DNA of 64,000 nt from Chiloscyllium plagiosum (taxonomy: Eukaryota). The stretch's first letter is position 1; each line of letters begins with the position of its first letter. The notes under the pieces are model-generated. The model was given only the letters and a program-made list of their open reading frames with translations, did not search any database and was not told the DNA's origin. The translations under genes and the position numbers were made by a program. The stretch spans positions 39,798,579-39,862,578 of the forward strand of contig NC_057718.1 in NCBI RefSeq assembly GCF_004010195.1. Direction: 5' to 3'. Below are positions 38,697 to 50,245 of the stretch, piece by piece.

Positions 38697-39325
38697 ATAA
38701 GAACTTAAGAAATAGGAGCAGGTGTAGGCCATCTGGCCCATCAAGCCTGTTCCGCCATTCAACCAGATCATGGCTGACCTTTTCATGGACTCAACTCCAC
38801 TTCCCCGCCGCCGCGCTGCCCTGCCGCCACTGCCCCCCCTCCACCCACCCACCCACCAATTACTGTAACCCTCAATTCCTTTACTGTTTAAAAATCTATC
38901 TTTGCCTTAAAAACACTCAAGGTAGCCTCAACTGCTCCACTCGGCACAGAATTGCACAGATTCACAACCCTTCAGGTGAAGAAGTTCCTCCTTCACTCGG
39001 TCAAAAATCTGCTCCCCCTTATTCTGAGGCTATGTCCCCTAGTTCTAGTTTCATCCGCCCGTGGAAACAACCTCCCTGCTTCTATTTTATCCAGTGCCTT
39101 CATAATTTTATGTTTTGATAAGATCTCCCCTCATTCTTCTAAATTCCAATGTGTATAGTCCCAGTCTACTCAGTTTCTCCTCATAAGGCAACCCTCTCAG
39201 TTCCTGAATCAACCTAGTGAACCTCCTCTGCAACCCCTCCAGTGCCAGTATATCCCTTCTCAAGTAAGGAGACCAAAACTACACACAATATTCCAGGTGA
39301 GCCCTCAGCAGCACCCTATACAGCA
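38697..39325 (-). mobile_element. CR1 3' fragment of a different subfamily (cataagaac-type tail)
   Basis: cataagaacttaagaaataggagcagg...; gtgaagaagttcctcc; aaggagaccaaaact; GC-rich expansion at 38804-38856. Confidence 0.8.
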
Positions 39326-39627
39326 TATATCACAACATCTGACATCGTAGTCTAAAAGGTATGCACTTGCCATCAGTCAATCTCTGTGTAATGCAGTCAG
39401 TGCCATTTGTTGGAAGTGGTGCCATGTCAGTATTACTGGACTAGCAAGTCAGAGGCACAGGCTAATGCTCAGGTGATATGTATTTGAATCCCATCATAGC
39501 AGATGGTAACATTTTAATTCAATAAAATCTGGAATTGAATTAGTGTAATAGCAGCCATTTAACGATTTTTGATTCTTGTTTAAAAAAAAATCTAGTTCAC
39601 TAACACCCTCCAGCTAGACCAGCTTAT

Positions 39628-39674
39628 TAGATTAGATTACTTACAGTGTGGAAACAGGCCCTTCGGCCCAACAA
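39628..39674 (-). mobile_element. 47-bp extreme 3' tip of an HE1/HER1 retroposon
   Basis: Minus strand ttgttgggccgaagggcctgtttccacactgtaagtaatctaatcta matches the tails at 43670-43718 and 49626-49660. Confidence 0.85.
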
Positions 39675-39762
39675 CAGCCATTTAACGATTTTTGATTCTT
39701 GTTTAAAAAAAAATCTAGTTCACTAACACCCTCCAGCTAGACCAGCTTATGTGACTCCAGAC

Positions 39763-39856
39763 TTGAAAAATGTGGCATTGGAAAAGCACAGCAGGTCAGG
39801 CAGCATCCAAGGTTCAGGAGAGTCGACGTTTCGGACATAAGTCCTTCATCAGGAAT
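39763..39856 (-). mobile_element. ~94-bp PLE family A terminal derivative
   Basis: Only the hammerhead and downstream terminal sequence; flanked by tgactccagac / tgaccccagac. Confidence 0.8.
39823..39854 (-). ncRNA. Minimal hammerhead ribozyme motif, intact core with compensatory helix II
   Basis: UC CUGAUGA A GGAC uuau GUCC GAA ACGU C GA. Confidence 0.75.
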
Positions 39857-41686
39857 ATGACCCCAGACCAACAGAAATTTGATCATTTCAGGGCAATAAA
39901 CGATGGGCAACAAATGCTAGCCTTTCCACCAACGCCAACAACCATTGCAAGAATTAAAAATGTTACGTGCATAACATACAATAACATCTGTAAGGAAAGA
40001 ACAGTGTGCAAATCTGTTTTAAATTAACTATTTAGCATTGTAAATAAGATATCTGATATAAAAAAAATTGTACTCTGTGATATGCAGATATCCACAGTGC
40101 ATCAGTCTGCAAGACAGTGAGCTAACAAGGAGAATAGAACAGTATTTATGTCAGTGATGAAAAATGGACATTTAAACATTTAGTAGCAGAGGGACCATCT
40201 TAGGAATAGAAAAAGATAAAAACAAGTGATCTTGCTGGTGAATTTCCTCTTTTGCAAAAAGTTCTGATTCAGCCAGAACAAGTGACTGGAGTGGAATACA
40301 AGATCAGTGACAACAGTGCAAACTCCGACAAAGCCAATGGATTATAATGTTGATGTTCCCAAAGTTTCTTTTTAAACCTTATTTGATGTCCAGCCCAAAA
40401 TCGGCATGGAAATGGACAAAACAAAAAGCCTGGTTACATTTCTTTTAATCAACAAGATTGGGAAAATTCTACTGGTTTATCATCCTTTCTTTAATAGGTT
40501 GGTTCATCTAGTGAGACTGGTGTATTTCAACAGTCCTTCCCATTGGTACATTCAAATCACTTCTTTCCCTTGCTTTAGGTTTATAGATCCTTTAATCGCT
40601 CCCACCTAATTGTGTAAAGTACATTTCCATTGCTCAAGTTAAACTGTTTTCCACTAAAAACAGAATGCCTAAATGCTGTTAATGACACCTGGGCATGTTC
40701 TGCAGCTTATCAAGCAGAATGTACAACCCTAACTCTCCTTCTCTGGACATGAATCGTTTACTCCATTGACTAAATTTTTGGCTGCCTCATGAAATGAATG
40801 CTTTTGTTATAGTTATGCTCTGACAGGTGATGATTCAAATTTGACAATTCATGTTAGACAAACGTTTTAAAGAAGATGAGGGCAGAAACATAATGCATTT
40901 GGAATTTTTATTTTAGCAGCAGAATAACACAATTGGTGCCACAAAGTTGAACTGGTGAGACTGAGGTCCTGTTGGTGCTGGGAGTGAGGGAGGGGCAAGC
41001 ACAGGTGTGGTCCCAAAATACTAACCCTTGGCTAATTTTGCAGAAATGCAATGGGATGTGGTGGTGAGAGGTATTGTATCAACAGGACTACAAAACATAG
41101 TAGTTAGTAGCCACCCCGACTTGTAAAGAGATTTATAGGGCCAACTTAAGGATGCCAATTGGAATTCTCATCATTAATCTTCATATTCTTGCAGGGGGTA
41201 AGGCGGTCAGTTTGGCTGCCAGGAAACAGCCTCTTAAAAAAGTTGGCCAGGGCTACTGAGTCAACACTTCAGAGAATCCGAGGTGCTCTTCATGCATGCT
41301 GCAGAAATCGGCCTAAAAAGGTACCACCATGTGGCCTGCCTGTAAAATCTTACCTATTGAGATTAAATTTTATAGCATTGGAGTGAGGACGCCTCCATTT
41401 TGTTGCAGCAGCAACACCTTACCTTCAATAGCAAGCTGCTGCTCTTTTTAAAGACTCTAATTGGCACCTCCAGCTTCGAAGGCCCGCTCACGGTCCTCAA
41501 ATAGATGGCAAACCCACCTTCTAACAGAAAATGGCTGAATCAGAGAAAAATCACATTTCAGTCTGTGGTTAGTGTTCAAAAGCCCGCAGGAAAATATTGA
41601 CCTGTGGCTTTGTTATTTTTATATTGCTGAGAATTTCCCTATATATTCCAAACGTTCATTAGCCCGAGATTGACACAGGAACTTAC

Positions 41687-41723
41687 CTTGGATCCTGATA
41701 GATGAACAAGAAGTTTCACACAG
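41687..41723 (-). other. Candidate 37-nt exon (or 3' end of a longer first exon)
   Basis: ttttattgtgtatttattttcacttag|CTGTGTG...ATCCAAG|gtaagt; near-consensus donor in non-repetitive sequence. Confidence 0.4.
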
Positions 41724-41917
41724 CTAAGTGAAAATAAATACACAATAAAACCAGTAATTCACTTTTAAACTTTGTCTAAAACTTAAGAGGCTGAAGTTTT
41801 GACTGATTCAGTGAGTAACTGGAATTCTGAGGTATTAGAGACTTCAGTGATCCCAATGCAGAAAAGAAAGTGAGAAGGAAAATGAAAGGCTTGCTTTCTA
41901 TCCAGTAAATATGCACG

Positions 41918-41919
<2 letters not shown>

Positions 41920-41978
<59 letters not shown>

Positions 41979-42005
41979 TGTGTGAGAGAGAGAGAGAGAG
42001 AGAGA
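41920..42005. repeat. Compound (GT)n(GA)n microsatellite
   Basis: About 25 TG units followed by GA units. Confidence 0.97.
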
Positions 42006-42199
42006 GGGGGATTAGAGCATGCTGAAATGCAGTTTTTGACCAATTGCTTGTAAGAGGTACTGAGACAACAAGTCACAGTCGAAAATTTTCTTCCTCATTT
42101 TCAAATTCATCCATAGCCTCACTCCAACTTTGGTTCCACTATCCACCGAGATGTCTGTGGCCTCGAATTATCGACTCTTATATTTCCCAGATTTTCACT

Positions 42200-42435
42200 A
42201 CTTCACCAAAAGCCAAGACCCTAAGATTTGGAATGCCATTACTAGACCTCCAAATATCCCACCAATTGTCTTTTTTTTAAAATGGCAAGCTAAAATTCCA
42301 ACCACTTCAATCACATTTTTTAATCCAAAAATCTCCTCCAATTATTGGTGTCAAGTCTGTTTGATAAACGGATGTGAAACACTTTGGGACCTTTCACTCA
42401 ATTAAACGGTACTGTGTAAATACAAGTAGTTGTCG
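42200..42435 (+). mobile_element. L2-type 3' tail fragment
   Basis: Similar to 25740-25970 (gtgaaacactttggga...taaatacaagtagttg). Confidence 0.5.
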
Positions 42436-43443
42436 TTTCCCCAAGGTCAACATATTTCCCAAGATTAGGGAGAAAACTGATCAGAACATTATTCTGCCAT
42501 AACAAAACCTGTGCATAACAGTTACCCATAGGCATACTTCCATGTTTTGTGTTTCTGACAATTTCACAAACAAGAGAATTGGAAACAATTTATTTTGTGG
42601 TGAAACGTATGTGTGTATTATCCAAGTTCACAGAGTGCTTTAGATGCCATCTAGGATCTTATCACAGACCACTTCATGATAAAATGATCATAGTTTAACT
42701 GTTTTGATTCATGTGATAAAAGCTGGTTCACATGGTATGAAAACTGAAAGCTTTTTTTTAAAAATTAATTTGACTTGGAATATGTTTAAGTGTACAATCA
42801 AGACAGGCCTCGCTGACATTGACAAGTCATCTTCCTGGCTGGAATTCTCAAACCAATCATCTTTGCTCCTCCAGAGAATTTACTACAAAAATACAAAGTC
42901 ACATGAAACTGTTTCCTTCAAAATCTATTATGCTGCAAATCAGTCCAACATGAATGCGTTAAATGGTATGATAAACAATACTGAAGTAATATTAAAAATA
43001 CAACATGTAACAGGCAAAGTAACATTTCCAAAAAAAAACTTTCCTGCACTTTCAACATATTCTCTGTAACTTCCCCCATTAATTTTGTTGGTTGACCACC
43101 CTGTGAATCAGATTATTTTCTGACAACATTGCAAACAGTTTTAGTTCCTAAACAATAAATTATTAAATATATCACAACATTCTTGTCTAATGTAAGTAAC
43201 ATACTGTTTTAAAAATAGATACCATTTTCCACAAATCTTTATGATTTATCCAGCATCTGGATAGTTTGAAATGCATGATGAGAAACACATCAGAGGAAAA
43301 CTCTCTAAAAGGAACAGCCGATGTTCAGAGCAGACTTAGAAGCTTGACTCAGTAAGACTCTTTCATTCTTCACAACTTGAAACAAAGCAAAGGTGAATTT
43401 TCAGGATTACTTTTGATTTCAGTACTTAATTATAATGACCTGT

Positions 43444-43718
43444 GTGGCACGGTAGCTCAGTGGTTAGCACTACTGCCTCACAGCGCCAGGGAACCGGGTT
43501 CAATTCCCGCCTCGGGCAACTGTCTGCATGGGTTTCCTCCCACAGTCCGAAGATGTGCATATGAGGTGAATTGGGCATGCTAAATTGTCCGTAGTGTTAG
43601 GTGGATTGGTCAGGGGTAAATATAGGGGAGCAGGTCTGGGTGGGTTTCTCTTCGGAGAATCAGTGTGGACTTGTTGGGGCGAAGGACCTGTTTCCACACT
43701 GTAGGGAATCTAATCTAA
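43444..43718 (+). mobile_element. HE1-type V-SINE with internal deletions
   Basis: A box tagctcagtgg, B box ggttcaattcc, and CR1-derived tail cctgtttccacactgtagggaatctaatctaa. Confidence 0.9.
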
Positions 43719-44559
43719 GTAGGGGTTTCACAATTCACAAATTTAAAAGGTTCCAGCATAATCATGAGATGACACTACCAAATGTAGATATTTTACTTGT
43801 GTCTGATTTTGTACAGTCAGTCAGTCACTCCTTCTGAAATGTTGTCAGGAGATGTTTTTCCAGTTTGCCTCATTCAGACACAATTCTTACTGCATTGTCA
43901 TGGATGGCTTTGTCCCTGTTGAGGATGTCTGATTTTCTGATCTGCACCTCCCCCACCCCATGAAGTGTTAACCAAATATAAGTCTTCCTCAGAAGTCTCT
44001 GAACCCACGTGCATAATGGCAAGAATGAAAGTAGAAGTAATGTGCTTGGTTCTTTATACATCATATGACAATGTAGTCTGTCAGCTGATGGTCACCAATT
44101 CAGGGCAGATTCCTTCTTAGCTCGGAGGTGAAATAAATACATGCAATTTAAATGTAAATAATTGAAAGAAACACATTCACATCTATCGCTCTGTGAAGCA
44201 CTGGTCTTACGGTTTGGCTGTCTTTTGTCTCACTTCTGACCAATGAAAGACATTCCAGCTGTAAACCACACTGTAGATTAGTAACTTGAGGCAACCAATT
44301 TAGGCCAGGCCTCAACGTTAAATAATCTCAAACCGAGTTACCAGATCTCAGCCATTTTTTTGGACAAACTAGTGATGGGCAATAAGGAATAACGTCACTG
44401 CAAACAAATGAGAACTCACTTCAATCAACAAAAAGGTACCCCGCACCATTCAAAGAAAATTCAAGCTACAAAATTTTTAATATTCTAAATCTTACTAGGG
44501 TTAAGTTCAGAATTATTTGGAATTGGGGGCCATATAAAGTAAAGCTAGGATTAACTCGG

Positions 44560-44820
44560 TATATCAGTAAACGAATTTGGCCAATATGTTATTTTTCCAC
44601 ACGCCGAGTCATTATGATTGGGAATGGTCTGCTTGAAAACCCTGGTGGAGACAGATTCAATCATGGCTCTCATAAGGGAATTCAATTAGCGCCTGAAGAA
44701 ATGCTTGTCACTCCGACAGGGAAAGGGCACGGAGTGAAACCAATTAATTTATTCTTGCAGAGAATCTGCACAAGCATAAGAGGCCTAATAACCTCCTCCT
44801 GTTCTGTAACCGTTCAATGA
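44560..44820 (+). mobile_element. Very old CR1-like 3' end
   Basis: ttttccacacgccgagtc...tggaa/gggaatggtctgc...; tail aggcctaataacctcctcctgttctgtaacc. Confidence 0.4.
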
Positions 44821-45734
44821 ACATATAATTTCTCTAAAAGGTTTGATGTCTGTTGGACTAGTGCAGTAATAGGAGGAGCACCAATCAACCAATCAAAGTG
44901 AAGATGCAGCAAAGATAATCTGCAGTGATGTTTCTGCCGGGAGTATACCTTCCCCATTGCTCTGTGCCCAAGAATCAGATCCAGGACATCTCCCCAGACA
45001 GCACATTGCTTTTCAGCTGCATCAAACCTGCCTGCTTGATTTGAATGAAATTAGCTTCTCAAATCTGATCCAGAGCAGTAGGTCTCTCTGTTTGACCCTT
45101 TCACTCGTTTTACAAGAACCAGTGCCGTGCAATTGGTGATTACGATAAAATCTTATTTGGTCCTGTTGTGGACTTGATTTTCAAAACTGGACCTGCCGTC
45201 CTGTTTATCAAAGCTACTGCAGTACCATCTTTTAAACAGCCCTCAGTACAGTTGTTGTCCTTTTTACCCCACCCCCATTGTTAGACTTAATGTTTTTTGC
45301 AACAATGGCTTTAGTTCTTTTAAAAAACTGCACAAATAGACACAAGTTCTGCTTTTATTTCCATTACTCCAGTTAAGGTCCTTTTTGAAGTTAGCCTCAT
45401 TTCTCTTTATTTTCAATATCTCAGTGCTGCTCACATATGTTTCAAGTAGTCAGTTCCACACATTTACTTTTGATCAACGCAATGAAGCACTGAACAATCC
45501 ACATAAAAATATTAAAATGCTGCAAATTGTCTTTTTTTCTGTATAAAACTTAGCCACCTGTTTTCATGAATTGCTAAACAAGCCAAAAACGCACTACTCA
45601 CAAAAACATAACCCCAGAGAAATGGATGGCTGATATCAAGACCAGACAGTTTAAAGACAGCTTTTAAAAAAGACAGTTCTATCATTAGGAGTAGCTCGTT
45701 AACGGCAAAATGCTATAAGAGTATTTCAAGATGG

Positions 45735-45920
45735 TAAAGTTACCATAGTCTTACCATAGGGCTGCTCTCACACTAGAGACACATGACTCAATGTCACCAC
45801 ATCTCACCTGAGGTTTAGAAGCTCTTCATGGTAATCTCAGTCAGTGCAGAAATTTAACCCATACTGCTGGAATTACATTGCATTGCAAATCAGCTGTCAA
45901 GCCAACTGAGCTAACTGACT
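45735..45920 (-). mobile_element. tRNA-derived SINE (same family as 4430 and 14820)
   Basis: Minus strand gtcagttagctcagttggc...gggttaaattt...; tail actatggtaactttacc. Confidence 0.6.
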
Positions 45921-46191
45921 CCTATCTACACACATTTAAGCAGGCACACCCCACATTCGCCCTAATGTTAAATGGCTGGACCTGACTGTAACTTACTGAA
46001 GTTGACTACAGTTATATCTGGAGACAGTAATCTATCAATAAATAATTACAATAAAAGACATTAAAAATCTTATTTCTGGTTAACTCTTTACCACAGCATA
46101 GGTTTCCTCGCAAAGCTTCTGTTATAAGTATGAACACAGTACTTCAAAAAGGAGGAAAATAGCTACAGTCATTAAAAAAAGGACTAAATTA

Positions 46192-46988
46192 CATAGAGTC
46201 ATAGAGATGTGCAGCATGGAAACAGACCCGTCGATCCAACACGTCCTTGCTGACCAGATATCCCAACCCAATCTAGTCCCACCTGCCAGCACTCAGCCCA
46301 TATCCCTCCAAACCCTTCTTATTCATATACTCATCCAAATGCCTCTTAAATGTTGCAATTGTACCAGCCTCCACCACTTCCTCTGGTAGCTCATTCCATT
46401 CACGTACCACACTCTGTGTCAAAAAGTTGCCCCTTAGGTCTCTTTTATATCTTTTCCTTCTCACCCTAAACCTCTGTCCTCTAGTTCTGGACTCCCTGAC
46501 CCCAGGGAAAAGACTTTGCCTATTTATCCTATCCATGCCCCTCATAATTTTTTAAACCTCTAAGGTCACCCCTCAGCCTCCGACGGTCCAGAGAAAACAG
46601 CCCCAGCCTGTTCAGCCTCTCCCTATAGCTCAAATCCTCCAACCCTGGCAACATCCTTGTAAATCTTTTCTGAACCCTTTCAAGTTTCACAACATCTTTC
46701 TGATAGGAAAACCAGAATTGCATGCAATATTCCAACAGTGGCCTAACCAATGTCCTGTACAGCCGCAACATGACCTCCCAACTCCTGTAATCAATACTCT
46801 GACCAATAAAGGCAAGCATATCAAACGCCTTTTTCACTATCCAATCTACCTGTGACTCCACTTTCAAGGAGCTATGAACCTGCTCTCCAAGGTCTCTTTG
46901 TTCAGTAACACTCCCTAGGACCTTACCATTAAATGTATAAGTCCTGCTAAGATTTGGTTTCCCAAAATGCAGCACCTCACATTTATCT
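46192..46988 (-). mobile_element. HER1-like CR1 3' fragment
   Basis: ORFs 46529-46975 and 46273-46545; tail repeats (catagagtcatagag on +). Confidence 0.95.
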
Positions 46989-47336
46989 TCACATCCTTGT
47001 CCAATTGCCGCAACCTCTGACGCTACGTCACCTAAATACTACATGGTCTTCACCATGGGATGCCAATCAACTGTTTTATAAATGTACAAGCATTGTTTAG
47101 CATGGCATTAGTTTATATGCTATCACTCCATAATTTACTGTTGCCTGAATTACCCCTAAAACGTCTTTCCTGCAAGATACACTTGAACACCCGTCTGTTT
47201 TTCAACTGCTATGTTCCTTAACACAGTTTCTTAACTGTCAAAACTGCTTTGTGCAAATGACACTGTGATTTTGTACTTTGTGAGCATCCATTACTTTGTT
47301 TGAAACACTGATGCACAAATTAAAATGACAAAGGGT

Positions 47337-47692
47337 TAGAGTCATAGAGCATGGAAACAGACCCTTTGGTCTAACTAATTCACGCCGACCATGTTCCCAA
47401 ACTAAATTAGTCCCAGCTGCCTATGTTTGACCCATATCCCTCCAAACCTTTCCTATTCATGTAACTATCCAAATGTCTTTTAAATGTTATAACTGTACCT
47501 GTATCTATCACTTCCTCTGGAAGTTCATTCACACATGAACCATTCTCTGTGTAAAAACATTGCCCCTCATGTCCTTTTAAGAACTTTTCCTATCACCTTA
47601 AAAATATACCCCCGAGCTTTGAAATCCCCCATCATTGGGAAAAGACTCATGTCATTCATCTTATCTGTGCCCCTCATGATTTTGTAAACCTC
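47337..47692 (-). mobile_element. CR1 3' end
   Basis: Same tail and 3' region as 920-1260. Confidence 0.85.
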
Positions 47693-48086
47693 TCAGGAGC
47701 TTTCTGTCAAAGAAACCATGGTGCTCATTGCAGAGCTCTAAGAAAACAGCCCGCAAATATCTGGTGATCTGTGACATGTAATTTTCTTCAGTAGGAGTTT
47801 AAACCTGATGCATGCCAACAAGCAGGGTAAGCAGCCTATCGTACTGGAGTATTCAGACAGACAGCAAATCTGTCCTTTATTTTTGATTTGATTTGCAGAT
47901 AGCAAATAAAGTTTAATTGGATATAGATTGCAGCTGAAATACCAATCACGATAAAAAATGTTTTAAAAATTAAACATGGAATTTATCACACTCGTCTCAG
48001 ATGACATTCAACAAATGAAGAAAATGCTCAAAAGGGCCATTGTGATTATTTTGTTTTAACAATAAAGTTAGTACATGGTTTTAAAA

Positions 48087-48624
48087 GGTAAAAACAATAA
48101 CTACAGATGCTGGAAACCAGATTCTGGATTAGTGGTGCTGGAAGAGCACAGCAGTTCAGACAGCATCACATCCACTAATATCATTTACTGTATCCGTTGC
48201 TCCCGATGCAATCTCCTCTACATTGGGGAGACTGGGCGCCTCCCAGCAGAGCGCTTTAGGGAACATCTCCGGGACACCCGCACCAATCAACCACACCGCC
48301 CTGTGGCCCAACATTTCAACTCCCCCTCCCACTCTGCCGAGGACATGGAGGTCCTGAGCCCGGACTTGTCCTACCTGCCTAGCTCCTTTTCCACCTATCC
48401 ACTCCAACCTCTCCTCCCTGACCTATCACCTTCATCCCCTCCCCCACTCACCCATTGTACTCTATGCTACTTGCTCCCCACCCCCACCCTCCTCTAGCTT
48501 ATCTCTCCACACTTCAGGCTCACTGCCTTTATTCCTGAAGAAGGGCTTTTGCCTGAAACGTCGATTTCGAAGCTCCTTGGATGCTGCCTGAACTGCTGTG
48601 CTCTTCCAGCACCACTAATCCAGA
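48087..48624 (+). mobile_element. PLE family A, internally deleted, with inverted ends
   Basis: TSTNIIYCIRCSRCNLLYIGETGRLPAERFREHL (GIY-YIG); inverted repeat about 48123-48158 / 48588-48624; 14-bp TSD acatggttttaaaa at 48073-48086 and 48625-48638. Confidence 0.92.
48533..48564 (+). ncRNA. Minimal hammerhead ribozyme motif, core intact (family A)
   Basis: UC CUGAAGA A GGGC uuuu GCCU GAA ACGU C GA. Confidence 0.7.
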
Positions 48625-49338
48625 ACATGGTTTTAAAAGACCTAGTTATATTCCATTCAATACGGTCCAACATTTTCCAAGAAATTTTACAGTGAAAATT
48701 TCACTGAAAAAGTGCAAGTCACCAATTTCTTACACATTGAGACACACACATACAACCCCCTTTCAATGGTGTATCTTCTGAAGGACAAAGAATCACTGAC
48801 AGCAATGGATTTCTGCAATGACCCACGTGTATGGATTCCCCAAGTTCTTATCCAATCTCAGGGGAATATTGACAGATTCACTGTTCCTAACATCAGAAGA
48901 CCTAAGCCAAAGTGCTATTTGTTGAGACGAGAATGCAGTCTAAGATTAAATAATCTGGATCAGTCTGCCAGTTCAGACTGCAATTTGAGGAATCATAGCT
49001 GTTATTCAGTTCAGAGTTAGTTGACTAGCAAAATAAACTTCCATTCAAGGAACTTAAACGCGGCAGTCAAGAGTTTCAAAATGGTGGCTACATTAATTTG
49101 TGAACAACTAAACAAATCATTAGAAATCAAGGAAAGTCAACTTGGTTCAAACAATAAATATCTTGAACAAACTGATAGCTAGTAGGTGATCCAACTGTAT
49201 GAAAATAGCTAGAACAAAAAAAAAGAAAATTGTTGTCTTAAAGAAATTTCAAACAAATGCTAGGGTACTCCTTAATGGAGCCAAAGGCAATTCAATTTGA
49301 ATATAGCCAACTTGTGTGGGTATTGGTTCCTTGAGATA

Positions 49339-49673
49339 GGGCGGCACAGTGACTCAGTGGTTAGCACTGCTGCCTCACAAAACCAGGGACCTGGGTTCGA
49401 TTCCAGCCCTGGGTGACTGTCTGTGTGGAGGTTGCACATTCTCGTGTCTGCGTGGGTTTCTTCCAGGTGTTCCGGTTTCTTCCCACAGTCCAAAGATGGG
49501 CAGATTAGGTAAATTGCACAGTGTTCAGAGATCTGTAGGTTAGGTGCATTAGTCAGGGGAAATGTAGAACAATAGTGTTGGGGAATGGATCTAGGTGGGA
49601 TTATCTTCAGAGTGTCGGTGTGGACTTGTTGGGCCAAGTGACCTGTTTCCACACTGTAGGAATTCTATGATTC
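49339..49673 (+). mobile_element. HE1-type V-SINE, full length
   Basis: gggcggcacagtgactcagtggttagcac; B box ggttcgattcc; V-domain-like tggaggttgcacattctc..gtgggtttc; CR1 tail. Confidence 0.92.
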
Positions 49674-49849
49674 AAAATCAGAACAGGTACTAGAAATGTC
49701 AGCTGCATTGAACAGACAAGAAAAAGACTATGTTTAGGATGGCACTCACCATCAGAACTGAAACCTAAAGTGTACAAGTGTGAAGGAGTGCTGTACGAAG
49801 TTTGAATAAAAACAAGAGTGCAAATGGTTAAGCAAAAAAGAATCAACAT

Positions 49850-50245
49850 AATCCAATCACAAAGAGCACAATGGTAGCAGTGGGTTCCATTGACAAGGTG
49901 CACCATAGCAACTCATCAAGGCTCCTTTGGCAGCACCTTCCAACCTGCACATTATACCACCAAGAAAACAAGGGCAGCAGATGCATGGCTATACCACCAC
50001 CCACAACGTCCTCTCCAAGCCACACAACATCCAACTTGAAGTTATATAGACATTCCTTTAATGTTGCTTAGTCTAAATCCTGGAGCTTATTCATCACTCT
50101 TACGGTGATGCACCTACATCATGTGGACTGCAGCCATTCAACAGTCATGAACACCTTCTCAATGGTAATGAGAGATAGACAACAAATGGTGGCTTTCACA
50201 TACCATAACAGTGATGTTCACATCCCACAACAGCATGAAAAAAAT
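49850..50245 (+). mobile_element. Family-2 LINE 3' end
   Basis: Collinear with 2400-2795 (cagcaccttccaa; aagggcagcagatgcatgg; atgtggactgcagc). Confidence 0.7.

Larger units (their letters stand above)
39410..39960 (+). mobile_element. tRNA-derived SINE with family-2 LINE tail, carrying two nested insertions
   Basis: Homologous to 22320-22680; tail gggcaat..gatgggcaacaaatgct. Confidence 0.7.

Noticed and set aside
38804..38856. CCG-rich patch as a CpG-island promoter
   Set aside because: Only about 50 bp and embedded in a CR1 3' end; a low-complexity expansion.
39552..39750. CRISPR-like repeat-spacer-repeat
   Set aside because: Eukaryotic context, only two 76-bp repeats, and the spacer is a retroposon tail.
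42704..43069. 121-aa plus-strand ORF
   Set aside because: Non-ATG start, AT-rich, no recognisable domain or splice signals.
10040..43352. Repeated AP-1 sites (TGAGTCA/TGACTCA)
   Set aside because: About ten dispersed sites is near chance expectation for a 7-mer on two strands in 64 kb.
43891..43998. Minus-strand exon with donor GCA|gtaaga
   Set aside because: Acceptor is poor and the peptide is unrecognisable; not distinguishable from chance.
49339..49410. tRNA gene
   Set aside because: The A/B boxes belong to a SINE head followed by V-domain and CR1 tail; the same applies at 43444, 14820 and 2290-2354.
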